DNA of 62,641 nt, filler included, from Choristocarpus tenellus KU-1152 (GCA_964200185.2; 12 parts of 12 records of this genome joined end to end with filler, not necessarily neighbours in it); one strand, 5' to 3'. Shown: positions 38,157-52,143, numbered from the whole stretch's first letter. Made by a program: numbers and translations. The notes: generated by a model from the sequence alone, not told the origin.

Positions 38157-40040
38157 TCAGTATGGGGGCAGAGTGGGACTTGTCCCGAACCAGGCACGTG
38201 CAGGAGCGTCTTGGTCTATAGTGTATCGTTCGACAAGAAGCTGGATATTTCGCAATTCGCCATTCTCCCATTTAACCTCGTAAGGGTAGCTGACTCGCTC
38301 ATCTCCAACTTTCACCGTGTAGTGGGGATGGTACTTGGTCACGGTCCCTCGCATCCACTGATCATCCCAGCTGAAGTATAGTCCTCTGCCCTTGGCACCT
38401 GCATTGAGTGTTTCTCCCTCATCTAAATCCGGCACAGCCCTCAGTGTCGGTTCAAGGAGTATATATTTCTCCGTATCCTTCTCAATGTCAATACGCTTCC
38501 GCTGGCAGTCAAGCATTGACCAGCGGCGTTATCTGACACGCTGGGCTGCAGCCTCCACACTGTCCCTCTCGTTCTTCTCCGGAAGTTGGTCGACATCCTC
38601 CTCTATCTCGTCCTCTGTCATGTACGATCTCAGGTGAGGATGCAAGGATTTTTCGCCATCATGCGGAAGGTAGGACACTGAGTAAATGTACGCCCCTCAA
38701 CCGTCCACGTGAACATCGCTGGCCTTCCCCTGTACGATAGACCCCCCACTCGCGCATAGGATGAAGCTGGTTCCTTGACCGAACCTGGCGTCGGATGTGT
38801 CCCCAAGTCTGAGTTACCTTGAGAAGCGAGCAGGTATCGTACCGAGGGATTGCCCGTTGGATTCTGTGGCGAACCTCTGGTATTGACTACGCAGGATCGT
38901 GAATGTGTTGTCCAGGTGGTTGTGGTGGATGTCTGTGAAGTCTGGGATGATAATAGCCTGAAGGGGCACGACGCGTGGACCCGGTTGTGCCTTCTGCATC
39001 AACACCAAGATGTTCGTTTTTTCAGGAGGGCTGTGTTGGTGTGTTGGACTATTGGCATGTGTTTGCATGGGATGACCTTGTTTGGTTGTATAGCGGTCTT
39101 GCTTGTTTTGGTTTTGAGGAATGGAGAGTTTTATGTAGGATAGAGGATACACTTAGACAGCGAAATGAAGGATTGGGATACGCTTATTTGCCCTACTGAA
39201 CTTGTAAAATATTCTGTGAAAGTCGACGTTCGCGGTTGTAGCGTAGGAGAAAAAAATGACACTGGTTTGGATGTCAGGGTTGGACATTATGGGAGGATTT
39301 TATTTGGGTATGAGGGGATATCAGGGGATATGTAACATCTGTATATGGACAGCGTGGAATCATTCGTGTGGAGCATTGTTCTCTTAGTAACAATAAGAAG
39401 CGTTTCTCACCTTGTCCGTCCGTGACATGCGAATAGTTGGCAATCCATTAACAAAGCTAGCACTCAGCACCTCGAAGTCTTCAGTGAGAAAGACGGCCTC
39501 ATCTCTAGGACTGAACATCCTTCCGTAGCTGGAGTGGTGCCTGGTGTTCCACTGAATTGTGTCCTTGCAGTGGACAGTGAACGGCACGAACTCTATACCA
39601 TTGTACTCCGATGGCTGCATCCGCACAATGCATATATTCCCCTCAGCGAGCTGTCTCTTCTTCCTCGACAGATGGCTTGTCAGATACATATCACTCGTTC
39701 CTGTTTCCATGGAAAATCCGAGGTCTATCTCCTTAAGCGGGGGCACATGGGTTAGTTGCCACCTGCATTGGGCCAGGTTGCAGATGGAATAGTTCGTGCA
39801 GTAGCACGACAGTTCAGTGTATATCAATGACGGGACTCTCCGGTGGTGAGCCGACAAGTGAAGAACCTGTGCATGGACTTGATGCCGCCGAGGTTTGGGA
39901 CACGAGGGTCGTGTCGTCCCGCGCGGTCGATCTTGTAAGCCTGGAGGTGGACTATCTCTTGTGTTCGAAACGTGTCGATGTATAGAAGTTTCGTAGACGT
40001 GTTGCTGTGCTGTCTCCGTCCCTGTCCGTCCATTCCTAAG
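38157..40040 (-). pseudogene. Decayed DNA transposase C-terminus, Sola2-like, with Cys cluster and Tudor/SH3-like tail
   Basis: RLRNFY (39999-39981), KIDR...NLGGIKSMHRFF and YTELSCYCTNYSICNLAQC across frameshifts; donor AAG|GTGAGA at ~39410. A single frame 39152-38157 has three in-frame stops and contains WDDQWMRGTVTKY...YEVKW. Superfamily assigned by motif recall, not by search. Confidence 0.5.
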
Positions 40041-40049
40041 GGTTGTGGT

Positions 40050-40885
40050 GATTGCGCGTATAAGGGGAGGGGTGGTACGTGTTGGAGTCAGTGTTGGTAC
40101 TGTGGCGGCGTCCTGTGACCGATTCGATGTGGTGGCTTTTTCTTTGTGGAGTGATCTATGCTACCTATTCCTGGAACAAGTGTTTGATAAATGACAGATG
40201 TCAATATGTGATGAAAACGAAAGCTTGGAGTCTTGGGTTAGTTTGACGCTTCGCAGACTTCCGGAAAATAGAAAGCGAGATGATTGTAAGTGTGCAAGGA
40301 CGGTGAGAGGTCAATTAAGAAGTGCGCATGTGCGATTATCATGTCGCGCGTGGTGTTGACGTGAAGGGAAGGCACGGATGTGACGTAGTGGGTCAATGGT
40401 ATCTATTGCGTGTTTAGTGTATGGGTTGGCAAGGGGCGGGAGGGGTGAGTCTGTCGCCAGTGGCAAACAGGGATTGGTTATTGTGAGCGGGGGGAATCAC
40501 ATCTGTAGTGCATGTGCTATGTATTCCTGCAACAAGCGATGGGTACATGGCCGACGTTGATACACGAAAGAAAACAAAACTTGGAGTTTTTCGCGAGTTC
40601 ACCGATTGGTAGACTTATTCAGAATAGAGGGCGATGATTGCAAGTGTGCACGGACGGTGTGCGGTCGATTGAGAAGTGTGATATGCGATTAGCACGTCGC
40701 ACGTGGTTTCAACGAGAAGGGTAGGCATGGATTTGACGTAATAGTTCAACGACCTTTATTGTGTGATTAGTGTATGGGTTGGCAAGAGGCGGGAGGGGTG
40801 AGTCTGTCGCCAGTGGGAAATAGAGGCCGATTATTGTGGGTGGGGGGGACCGTGCATGTGTCATACATGTGCTACCTGTTCTCGT
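40050..40885. repeat. Diverged ~353-bp tandem repeat, ~2.3 units
   Basis: TTAGTGTATGGGTTGGCAAG.GGCGGGAGGGGTGAGTCTGTCGCCAGTGG at 40414 and 40767; 40268-40414 aligns to 40624-40767. Confidence 0.85.
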
Positions 40886-42539
40886 CCGAAACCTCCCCGG
40901 TTAGAATATCCTGAAAAGGTGTGACTCAAGTATGCGGGCACTCGCGAGCGACATCAAAAAGGTTATGAATACATCCCATGAAGCACGTAGGATGAAGTGA
41001 ATTGAGGTAGTCTGTCGTACGGTAGAGCGTGTGCCTTAATCTGAATTTTCGGAAACAATGACAAATGCTTGGTGTGTATCACACCCAAAAATATTGGTGT
41101 ATGTACTACAATTGACATGTTCTGTCGTATGGTAAAATATTGTATAGGATGGGTTTTGTGGTGGAAGGGATGCTCAACGTTTCATGTGGTGTAGGTCTAT
41201 ACATATCCCCAGATTCACTTACCATTTTGGGGGCCTCCTTCCCTACAGGGGATATGAGATTGTGCTTGAGTTGTTGGAGAATCTAGGATGGTGGATTGGA
41301 GGAGCGTGCCTTCAAATAAGTTGTTATGTGGACCGCCTCAACTTTTGCCATGGTTTTTGTCGTACGGTAAAGTATGGAAAAATGGCATGGGGCGAGTGGA
41401 TGAAGGAAGAGCGAAACATGTGTTGGCATAATTTCGGGATTGTGAGTGTTAGGGATGGTGTTGGGGTTGAGGCACAGGGTTAGGGTTGGGATTGGAAACA
41501 GAAACAGAAAGGAACATCGTTAATTTCCGAAACGGATAGGAAACGACATATCGGAGGACACGAACTTTGTCGTTAGGTTTCGTCCTGCTCTTGATGGGAG
41601 GACGTGTGCGCCACCAGTTCCGAGCTACGGTGTAACTGGTGAACACCATGTGTCTCTGATTTCGATGCAAATGTGTGATTTCGGAAGGATATGGTGACCA
41701 TATCCTTCGCTATGACTAGTCTTCAATCGCTAATCCCTCGTTTAGGTAATTACAGAACGCACAGGCTACAGTGGAGTGTGTTTAGCTGCGATGGAGGCCT
41801 GGCCTTACCCTTGGGATGTCCTGGGGCTACCTTCCGGAGTCCACGAGTTCATTCCCTATGCTAGCCAGATCCCCTAGTGGCTGATGGGTGGCCATCCTAC
41901 ATCTGCAGCGCGATGGATATGGTCCTCTCCAAGAACTGCGACAACGATTCCTACATATTGTCCAGGCCCATTGGTTTGTTGTTGAGTGAGTGAGCGAGTG
42001 AGGGGTTTGTCGCATATGTGGTTTGGCGAAAGTTTTTTTGTTATGCACTATAATATAATTCTTCAAATGTGGAAATATATGAAAAAAAGATGCAAACTCA
42101 ACGTTTTGACCCTGTCACACTAATGAAGTAATAAAAGATGAAGAGTTGTAAATATATATATATATATATACATTTGTAAGTCTCCAATTGTTTTACTTCA
42201 ACGCCGTCGCATATATACATAGAAATTTCAGTATCTATGTGAAGAGAGAAAAATTCCCCTTTTAAAATCTCCTATTTGATTCCCGAGGAAAAGGAACTCT
42301 AGAACTAGCCTGTTTAGAACCCCAATATATATATATATACTATCTTGTAGGGGTACAACATTCGGTAAAAGGCGACTGTTCTTTCGTTGATTAGGGCTAG
42401 ATTGTCATACAAACGACAAGAAAAAAGAGGTGGAAAAGGCCACAATTCCTTATCAAGGGAGACTACGTGCGTATTCCTTCCATGAGGATCGGGCTTGTCT
42501 GTCGCTACCCCTGTGCGCTGTACGTAACGCCAAACACCG

Positions 42540-42797
42540 GAGTGAAAGTATCTTAGAGGGTACGAGTTTTGCCCTGTTTGCCTATTTGGGGCTTGGCTTC
42601 CCTCAGGGTATTTTATGACATTTCCTACTCCGAAAATTTTCGGAATAGGTAAAGTGTGTACGTTATAAAACGGTGCGTCCAGAACAAGGATATTGACATT
42701 TCCTAACAAACACGATAGCAAAAATTTCAATAAAATAGCAACAATGGATTTTGGCCCCCACATGGACGCGGCTCTACCCTCTAAGATACTTTGGCTC
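42540..42797 (+). mobile_element. MITE family A, full copy
   Basis: Both TIRs present; 4-bp TSD ACCG. Confidence 0.92.
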
Positions 42798-42959
42798 ACC
42801 GGGTGTGTTGGAAGGGAAAAAGACAACAGGACTTCCTCTTCGTGCAAGGTGATCAGGTGTGTACGGCTCGAGGATGGTGTAACCCGATACAGACATTCCA
42901 TCCTCTCTGGACCTGACTCGATGCGCAAAACATTTTCCCTCTCTCCTTTTGTTGGTTTC

Positions 42960-43027
42960 TAGTGAAAGTATCTTAGAGGGTACGAGTTTTGCCCTGTTTG
43001 TCCATTTGGGGCTTGGCTTCCCATGGG
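42960..43027 (+). mobile_element. MITE family A, cut by spacer
   Basis: AGTGAAAGTATCTTAGAGGGTACGAGTTTTGCCCTG... Confidence 0.85.
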
Positions 43028-45513
43028 NNNNNNNNNNNNNNNNNNNNNNNNNNNNNNNNNNNNNNNNNNNNTTAATTAATTAANNNNNNNNNNNNNNNNN
43101 NNNNNNNNNNNNNNNNNNNNNNNNNNNGGGGGGGTGGGGACAGAGTAAAAGGGAAAAATTGTGAAACTGTTCAGCATTTGGTCTCACAATTCACTGGTGG
43201 GGAAGGTGTGCAGGAATCAGTGGACCATTTGACAGGTATGAGAAGACACACTTTTAAGAAGACACACTTTTCTTACATGTACTTTGCCCTCGACCAACAT
43301 GTTCTGAGGCTGTATCTGCAATCCAGTGGGACGATAACGAAATATTCGCAAATTGAGTTTCCCAAGCACCAAACCACTTAGCATGATGTCACCTCTTCTC
43401 ACACTTGAGAAGGAAAAAAAATGACTTCGATTTCACTGATGTCGTCACATCATGTTTCTACACCCTGGGAAACGAGTTCAGTCTTGACTAGAACTGGGTA
43501 TAAGAAGGAATTAGTAATACCTGAGAAAAATCTCACAAGCACACACAAACAAACTGCTGTGTCCCCAATCACAGACTGATCTATCGAGGATAAAAAAAAG
43601 TCAACACACTAAAATCTGCCACTGTTTGTGTCGCCTGTTACGACCGTTCCAAGAGATCTATAGTTCGCAAATCTTATATGCCATGTAACTTGCCTCGGCC
43701 TTGGTTACCTTGGTGGCTTCCAGCTTGTCTATAGTCTCCTCGTCCTCAGTAGCCTTCTTATTATCATAAAACGTGTCATTTCCAGAATCTTCCGGCGAAC
43801 ACATCCAAAGGCAACTCCCCGCCCCAGGTATCGCCCACCTTTGACCCTGGCATCGGACCAACCCCTTGTTAAGACCTGCTAACTTGGAGGTCGACGATAT
43901 CTGCGGGTTGAATCCCGAGAAGCTGCGATGACATTTCGAATTCAAGGATTCGACCATTCGAGTATGGCGGAATGGGGACAATAACATATTACGCCATTAA
44001 TGACGTGTTAGCGACGTGCCAGGGGTTTGAGATCGGGGTAGGTCTACCTTTTATTACTTTAAATTTAAGGCATATATAATCCTCGACAGAAAAACTGCGC
44101 AGGAAGAAAACACTCTGTGACAAAAGTAGGAGACTAAGAAATTCTTGGAAGTAGATTTCTGTTGGGATAAATATCAACAGAAGTAGGCCACGCCTTCGCT
44201 CATACTTGCAATATCTGCATTAGATTTAGCATGTCAGTAACATGCGATATGAAACACCGAATTCCGTGGCACTACCTCTCCATACATTAATGAACTCACG
44301 ACATTGAAGTGCTGAAAGAGCATCTGTTGTTCAACTACTGTTGTGCTGTGTGGTGGAAGGCATGAGTAATCAAGGACAACACTGAATTTCCCAAAATAGG
44401 TACATTGGCTCCTCACGTCGAAAGGATAACAGTTTACACCAAACAATCCTGACCCTTCCTTGTATACCCTTGTTCTCAGATTCACCTCATGTTGGGTGGA
44501 CCCAACCCTCCAGTTGATCCACCTGCAAGCCAAGCCCTTGGAGAGACAAACCCTGACCAATAGGGCTTCATGACGAAGGCCATACTTGCAGAGATGAAAC
44601 CGAACCCCATGCTCAACGCCAATGCCACAGCACATTCTGTCTGACCTTTCATAATTCGTAGGAACGCCAAATCCTCACGAGGAAGACCTTTGATGCGTCA
44701 ATCAATTAGTTTTCACGTTTGGGGGTAAGCGTCCACCCCACTTATCACAACCAGAAAATATCACGTGTCTATCAATATCTTGCAGTAAACCCTGAGGATG
44801 GCTAATGCAGCTTCAAGGGCCAAAGCCCAACATGTGTCAAGTGACCTATTGAACCACTCAACAAGGTGTGTCTCCTCCAAACACGGTATAGAAGAAGTTC
44901 AAGACCAACCTATAACGGTAAAATATCTTCAAAATTTCATAAGAACCAACAACCATACATACACATACAATGCAAAAAAAATACAATATTCAATAGGACT
45001 TTTTCCTTCAAACATCTACAAAATGTGATGGGTATACTGTAATAATGTATTTGGATATAGTATACAATATGTTTCTTTTATAGGGGTTATGATTTTAAAT
45101 TGGCTTTTCTCCTAACACATCTGGAAAATGTCAGAGAAAAAATAGTAATATGTTCAACGACCTGGTTCTATAAGATGGAGGAGAGGTTCAGAAAGGAAGT
45201 GAGAGGTGAGACTAAGGCATGCTGAGTGCCATATATATATATGGATCAATCTTCACTGTGATTGGTTGTGACCAGTCAGACAACACAATCTTGACCTTTG
45301 CTGGTTTGAACCCACCGTTCATGCCGGGGTCACCGCGAGCCGGTCGTGCATCTGACCCACACCACATCACTTCGACTGAATTCAATTGGAAAAGGTACCG
45401 CGCGCAAATATATATGACCGCGCGTATGATCCTCGTCACTGTGGGATATCATAAAAAAGGAGATATGTTTCAAAAATATATATGAAATACAATATGGATC
45501 GTTGTTCTGGTTT

Positions 45514-45560
45514 GTTGTTACTGTTACTGTTACTGTTACTGTTGCTGTTGCTGTTGTTGT
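45514..45560. repeat. (CTGTTR)n microsatellite
   Basis: Direct reading. Confidence 0.85.
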
Positions 45561-47924
45561 TCCTGGTATTTTTGTTCTTCAATAATAAAAAAATTGGAAA
45601 TGTGATATACCTTAACTCTTACTTTAAGGGTTTTGACATAGAATGGTTTTTCATTGGTTTTTCCACTGACACATCTCCAAAAAACAATAGAGGACAAAAT
45701 AATAAAAATACAAACACATCCATTTCGTTTGACAACATTTCAATCAAGGTTTCGGAAAAATTGTAGTTTGGAATCAGATATGGAAATGAGGTTGATCCTC
45801 CTATAGGACAACCCCAAAAAGGTTACCCACTCAATAGTTTCAATCTCGCCACCTTCTCAATGGAAAGTTTCGTCGTGATAGCAACCAAATAGAGAGTTTT
45901 CTACATGTTGAGTTAAGCCACCTGTACGACAAGGAGGAAGGGGATGGCGGTTGTTGTTAGAAAGGAGCTGTCAAATCTCGTTTGAGACAGTATCCAAGCT
46001 GCAGACATCAGACAAGTGAGCAAGAAGGGGTCTGACAGACTCTTGGAATGGCATCTTAGATCTTCGCCCACCTTTGTAGGGTTGGGTTGAAAGCACAAAG
46101 TGAACATTGATTAGTAGAGAACAATGAGACACTGTTTTAACACTTGTCTGATAACGTTATTTTGATTTGATTGGTTGACCTCAAAAGTGTACCAAGACAA
46201 TGCTTTATTTCAGTTACCAGTATTTAAAAAATACGGTACCCTCCAGGATGGGCTAGACCCCTCAGGGGTTGTGTGTGTACGACAGAGGGAGGGAACAGGG
46301 GACAGGTGTGAATGTGGAACAACTCCTTGTGTATGTACACATGAAGAAGCATATTGTGTTGAAGTCACGGACTGTTGCATTCAAATCTGACCTACATTCA
46401 AACTATATCTGTTACTTCCACTACGGACAGGGACAAGAGTGTGTACTGGAAAAGACAGTACACTGACAAGATAGATGAACGAATGGACAAATGCACGAAC
46501 AGGAAATGCTTGGTTTTGCATGTTACTTACATGAGAGAGGGTCTAATACTGGATGAGATAGAAATTAGAACTCAAACTGCAGACAACTCGGCAAAGAAAA
46601 AACAGGTATACAGCCGTTTCTGGCACGCACAGATGCAAACAGGCAGACAAGGAGACAGACAGATGGACGGGCAGCACTTACTTCTTGCTACACAATACGT
46701 ACATTAGAGGAAAGAAGCGGTATATAGAGCGGGTGCTGGCAAGGTTATATAATATCAGACTTTTTGATCTTTGGAATGCATAGGCTTGGCAGGGCAGGAA
46801 TGACTTCATCTTATAGAGTACATACGTGAGAGGTATCCAAAGAACGGATGCTGACAAGGTTATACTTTTCAGGTATATATTTTGATGGCTTTCACCCGTC
46901 CCATACATTATTTTTAATTCTTTAGAAATTTGAAGCTTAGGATGCAATATTGAAGAAGAATGGTGACATAGAAATAGGAGGGATGGCCTTGTTGTGGTTA
47001 GCCCAAATGAGCAAAAAAGAATACCTAACCAACCATAGATAAAATGCTCTAACATGGTCGAGTCTATGGCCATCGCTTGCTCAACATGATCGGGGCAACC
47101 ACCAGCCATGTATAACCAAGTGTAAGCATGACCGAGTCCATGGCCATTGAACGTTTCAACATGGCCGAGTCACAGACCAGACCCCGACTACATGGCCATG
47201 AGTAGACATGGTAAACACCCTGACTGACGAAAAGTCATGAATATTTTGAGAGCAACTATGCATGAGAACGCAGGCGATACTACATGAGAGGACGAGAACT
47301 GATAGCGGTCGAGTACAGACAGAAGGATGGGTAGAACAGAATTACTTGGTTTAACACCGTGCACTAGTGTAGAAAGGAATCGCAAGAGATGTGTTAAAGC
47401 GCGCCCCTGAACTCACCTCCACAGGATCTGTAACTCAAATCCAACGACATTAAAAACGACGCTACGGAGGGGTTCACAGATGATGACCACGTATGGTGTC
47501 AGTTGATGCTTAGCTCAGTCAATGTCTCGCTTTTCGCTTTATCAAAAGAGGTTAAGAATAAAAAAGGACTAAGTTGTGTGGTCAACAACACAGCCTTTTT
47601 TTAACATCATTCACCGTTTTTCTACAGTCAAAGAGTTAAAGTCTGCAAACTGCTGTGTAAATACTCCACTCATAAATCTATATTCTGCAACTTTCAGGAA
47701 TTGACATCTATTCTGTAAGATTATGTATGCATTTCGAATCTTACTCTGCATCTTCTATCAATTCAAAGTTTTTCGTATATGAATTCTTCCGTATGTATAC
47801 TGTTTGCGCATTTTGGCACGCAGAAAGAAATGCTCGCGATATTCGCCTGTAACAGATGAACTCAAAGATGGCGAGATAAAATACCTAATGAAATATTACC
47901 AACTCATCCATCAGCAATGGTGCA

Positions 47925-48490
47925 GCAGCTGCTACAGCTGAGGCGCGAAAGCGCACCCACTACGAGGGCTTCTTTGATCCTCGTAGATATAACCTCAATA
48001 CCTTTGCGGTGGAAAGTCTTGGGCGCCTTGGCAAGCAAGCGGAATACTTCTTGGATGAGCTTGCTACTCACATGGTAGGAGGGAGAGGAGCGGGAGGATA
48101 AGACCGGAAAGGAGTAGATAAATCCAGGCTGCACCAATTTTTTTCGGTGACTACGCAAGTGGCATTGTCTCGACGTGTCATGTGCTTCAAACTAGAGTCA
48201 CGAGGGAGATGGGCATGGAGGGGTCTGTTGGACTCTTGGGGTGCCTCCCTAGCTCCCCCCCCGGGGTACAGGAGTAGGTAGATGGGAAGCAAAGGACGAC
48301 AGAAGTAGTACAATATTATATATTGGTAAAGTAACTGACAGATTATTGGTTTCCACACTTAAAATGTTTTATAGTGTTCTTATGTTTATGATATTTATTT
48401 CTTTAGGGCTAACAACGACATACGTATAGTTTTCATTGGTTTCCCCAATGAAACATCTGCAAAATGTCAGAGGGCATAATAATAATAATA
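47925..48490 (+). mobile_element. CRE-clade LINE 3' end
   Basis: AEARKRTHY..FDP...TFAVESLGRLGKQAEYFLDELA, then 3' UTR ending GTCAGAGGGCA(TAA)n. Confidence 0.8.
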
Positions 48491-48596
48491 TTGGCATTCA
48501 AGCAAACGCTAGCGCCAACATCAAGGGCCACAAACCTCTGTTACAGGCGATATGTCTTGATGGCTGTTTCATAAACACCATTATAACATTGAAGTT

Positions 48597-48770
48597 GGCT
48601 CAAAGTATCTGGGGGGGGTGGCGGCTGTCCATTTGGTGCCAATTTTTTCATGTCTTGATTTTTGAGTAAATAGGTTCCATACGCTGGAAGGACAATGAAA
48701 GTGCACTTTTCCTGGTTTTGGTCCAAATGGACACTCTGGTGTAGACCCCCCCCCCTCCCCCCCCCCCCCC
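48597..48770 (+). mobile_element. MITE family B, inner module only
   Basis: Starts at the internal TIR GGCTCAAAGTATCTGGGG and matches 26410-26570. Confidence 0.85.
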
Positions 48771-51700
48771 AACNNNNNNNNNNNNNNNNNNNNNNNNNNN
48801 NNNNNNNNNNNNNNNNNTTAATTAATTAANNNNNNNNNNNNNNNNNNNNNNNNNNNNNNNNNNNNNNNNNNNNGTTGCTATCATATTGTGCCTTCTCTGC
48901 CTACTACACAAGGGATTGAGGACAGGTTGGGAAGGGGGGGGGCATGGGAGTGAGTGGCGATAGTGTGGAGTTGGTTGGCAAGTGGGGGGAGAAGGGTAAA
49001 GGGATGAAGACAGGTTGTAGATGAATCCGGGGACAATTCTTTCTTTGAGTTTATCTTCTGGTTGGTGCTGTGAACTGGTACAAGGGGCATGGGCAGTAGT
49101 AGTAAGTTACCAACGATATTTGGGACGCTGATTGGGGAAGGGATGGATAATGGTCAAGATCTTCAAGCTGATTTTGTGTGTGTGGAAGGTCTATTATTTC
49201 TTGCAAACGCTTTTGTTTGCCATCACATGAAGAGGAGAGGATAAAATTTGCAGGGAGGTATCACTAATTGAACAGCAACTTTTCCTCTCAGGTTGGCTTC
49301 AAGAGGGGCATATATATACCCCTCCCAGGTTGGGAGTATCGAGTACACTGAAGCACAGTGGGTTCAGTGTGGGCAAGATGAAGGCGGATTGTTAGTGTGA
49401 AAAGTTGTGTGCTCTCATGCGACGTGATTCATGCGCTGCATTCATTGGCGAGATGAATGTTCAAGGGTGGAAAGCTTGGTGTGGCAATATGCCTAGATTT
49501 TCCAAATACTACAGTACTTGGGAAGACTTGTGTGTACTAGTATTGCGCATTACCACACCCTCAATGGCATTAGAGGCCTATCAAGCCAGATTGTGGTAGG
49601 AGGCAGTCGGTGCTCTTTATTGTTTTTCCATCATCCTCCAATCCAGCCATCATCCACCACCAGCCCCCTCTTAATTCTAGTTCATCCTCCAAGTTCCTGA
49701 TCCAAGTTTTGCCCGCTGGAATACCTCCGTTTTTCATTTTTGAGATGTTTAACGTAATTTGAGTTTGATCGCTTGTCAGTGGGGTGAATGATGGTGGACC
49801 ATTTTACATGATGCACTGCCCTAATTAAGAGACAACAACAGAAGGGACAGTTATTTTACGACAAGGAGTTTTTGCTTGTTGTCTGTGTGCCTTAGTTTTG
49901 GTTTATTTCCCAAGGCCTACGGTTCTTGTTTTGAGGTTCAAAAATTGCCAATTCTAAAGAAACAATAAAAATCTACGAAGTAATGAAGACAACCACAAAT
50001 AGAACAAAATTCATTGGATGATTGATTGGTGACGTAACAAGACGTGAACAACTAGTTTCACAAAAAAAATTATCAAAATATCTTAAAACAAATGTTTAGG
50101 ACATGTTTTTAATACTAGTTGAGGAATTACCTACAATCAAGCATGAAATCGAAATTGTTCACAATAGGGGGGCATCATGTATTGGCGACAATAGTTTACA
50201 AGAGTGTTCTTGGAAGTGAAAGAATTCTGCATCAAACGAACGAAACAGGGATATTTTACACTTTTTTTTCAGGTGGAGACCATTATGTGTTCCTTGTCTT
50301 CATGGACCATTTGCATCCCCAAAGAGACCCTAAATGATAACCTCACATCGTTTTCGAGTGGTAGGACCTAAGTTGCAAAAATGGTTTCAACTGGAATGAT
50401 GGCCCACAAATCTCACTTTCCGGCAAATCAAGAGAGGGTTCATCACACTGGGAATAGTAGGGAGGGCAAGCAGAGAGAGGGGCAAACATTTTCAGAATGT
50501 TAATGAACAGTCTGTCGGTTGGTCGATAGGGGTAGTAATTGCCCCTCACTTCATACCTATATTACGCGCTTATCCCTCATTGTATGTTGATATTCGTATC
50601 TGATTTTGTGACAGATTAGAGACCATAGACCCATTTTTATTATTTGTGTAAAATACCCAATTCTCTTTTGCCAACAACCCTCTCAAATCGTCGCGCGAAT
50701 ATCACGCGCGACGCGCTATATGAAATACACACGAAGAATAACGACAAAAACAAAACAACCAAAAGACCAGCATACTTGACGAGGGAGGAGGAGGGAAGAG
50801 CTGAGGTGAATATCTGCAAGACTTCTTGGAACTTGATCGACTCATTACGGATTTATTTGGTGCCATATTGAAGACAGATGGGGGATCTGGCGGGAAACAC
50901 AGAGGCGCGGGTGAGAGACAGATACCTCCCTTCCAACTCATCACCATCGAAACCATACAATACCTCGCGATACTAGATTGGCTCTTCAAGCCTCTAGCCC
51001 CCACCCTCTAGTTCCATTGAAGATAAGTGTGAGTCGATTGAGTGACTATAAACATCCCCATATGGATTTATCCTCTATCTGTACCTTGGTATGGCGTTAT
51101 TGTGAGTCCATCTCAACGCCTCATTATGGTTCCCGTGCTATTCCGTGGTCCAGCGTAAGATCGGTATGGCCAGGAGGTGTTCTCTACAAGCCAGAATTAT
51201 GGAACATGTGTGTTCATTTAGCAGTAATTTGGGAGTTCAAGGACACCCTCCTATCACATGTTTTGTCTCTGCAAGTCCAATGCCCTCTTCTAGCAAACAA
51301 TAATTAAAACGATCCACGAGGAAGAGTCAGCTGAGATACTTCTTACAACGAACGCACCCCAAAAAAATTACCCACCCTCATTTCTAGGCTGATCTCCGAT
51401 TTTCTCTCATACGAAAATTTGTTCGTCATTCTAAATTGAGGACCGATCAATGACGGACATCCCGATACCTCTCATGGGTCTTGTGAATCTTTGCGCATGA
51501 CGTGTGTGGAAACTACTGACTCCTCGAGATACGCAGAGCATATTCTCAGCCGATCTCTCTACCGGACACACACAAAGCTCAACTAGAAGGGGAAAATATC
51601 AGCTCTTTGAGTCCTACTCTTCATTTTGCAGTAGTAAACAATAATGATCTATATCCGAATCCCAATACATCGGATCCTAGACTCTACTATTGTGGCTTGA

Positions 51701-52105
51701 ACCCAAGGTCAAGTTCAATCCCATAGAGACCTTGACCTGACCTTACTTTGCATCCAGATCCAGATACTGCTAAAAGCATAGATACATGATTAAACCTATA
51801 GCTTGAACCCTGGTATAGAGCCAAATCAATTGAGAGGTAGGCAGGGTTGCGGTTTAAGGATCCCGAGAAAGGTCAAAAAGACACAATTTTGTACCATTGT
51901 AGAAATAGCCTTTGCTGAATTGTGGGGTCACCTTGTGACGTGTGAAAAGGGAGAATGCATCAATTTTGTGCACACAATTGTGCATACAAAGCAATGCAAT
52001 AGAGTGTATTGCACAGGGTATGAAGTTGGCCTCGAATGCCAAAGGTTCCAAAACTGCCTACGTTTCAATTGGTTTTGCTATATACATATACATATATATT
52101 TTTGT

Positions 52106-52142
<37 letters not shown>

Positions 52143-52143
52143 G
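52106..52143. repeat. (GA)n microsatellite
   Basis: Direct reading. Confidence 0.9.

Noticed and set aside
42314-42928. Repeated ORFs containing SQSILEGRAAS / KILTLPNKHD as a protein family
   Set aside because: These are chance translations of MITE-A; frames and stops differ between copies.
43658-44670. Transposon protein relic (CLPPHST pogo-like on minus; GxQFTPNNPDPSLY Copia-like on plus)
   Set aside because: The motifs are short, conflict between strands and have wrong spacing, so it cannot be assigned without a search.
47050-47212. Short CATGGCCGAGTC repeats as a CRISPR-like array
   Set aside because: Degenerate and irregularly spaced, with no cas genes.
50689-50713. GC hairpin CGTCGCGCG/CGCGCGACG as a Helitron end or terminator
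   Set aside because: No CTRR end at the expected distance, single copy, and eukaryotic context.
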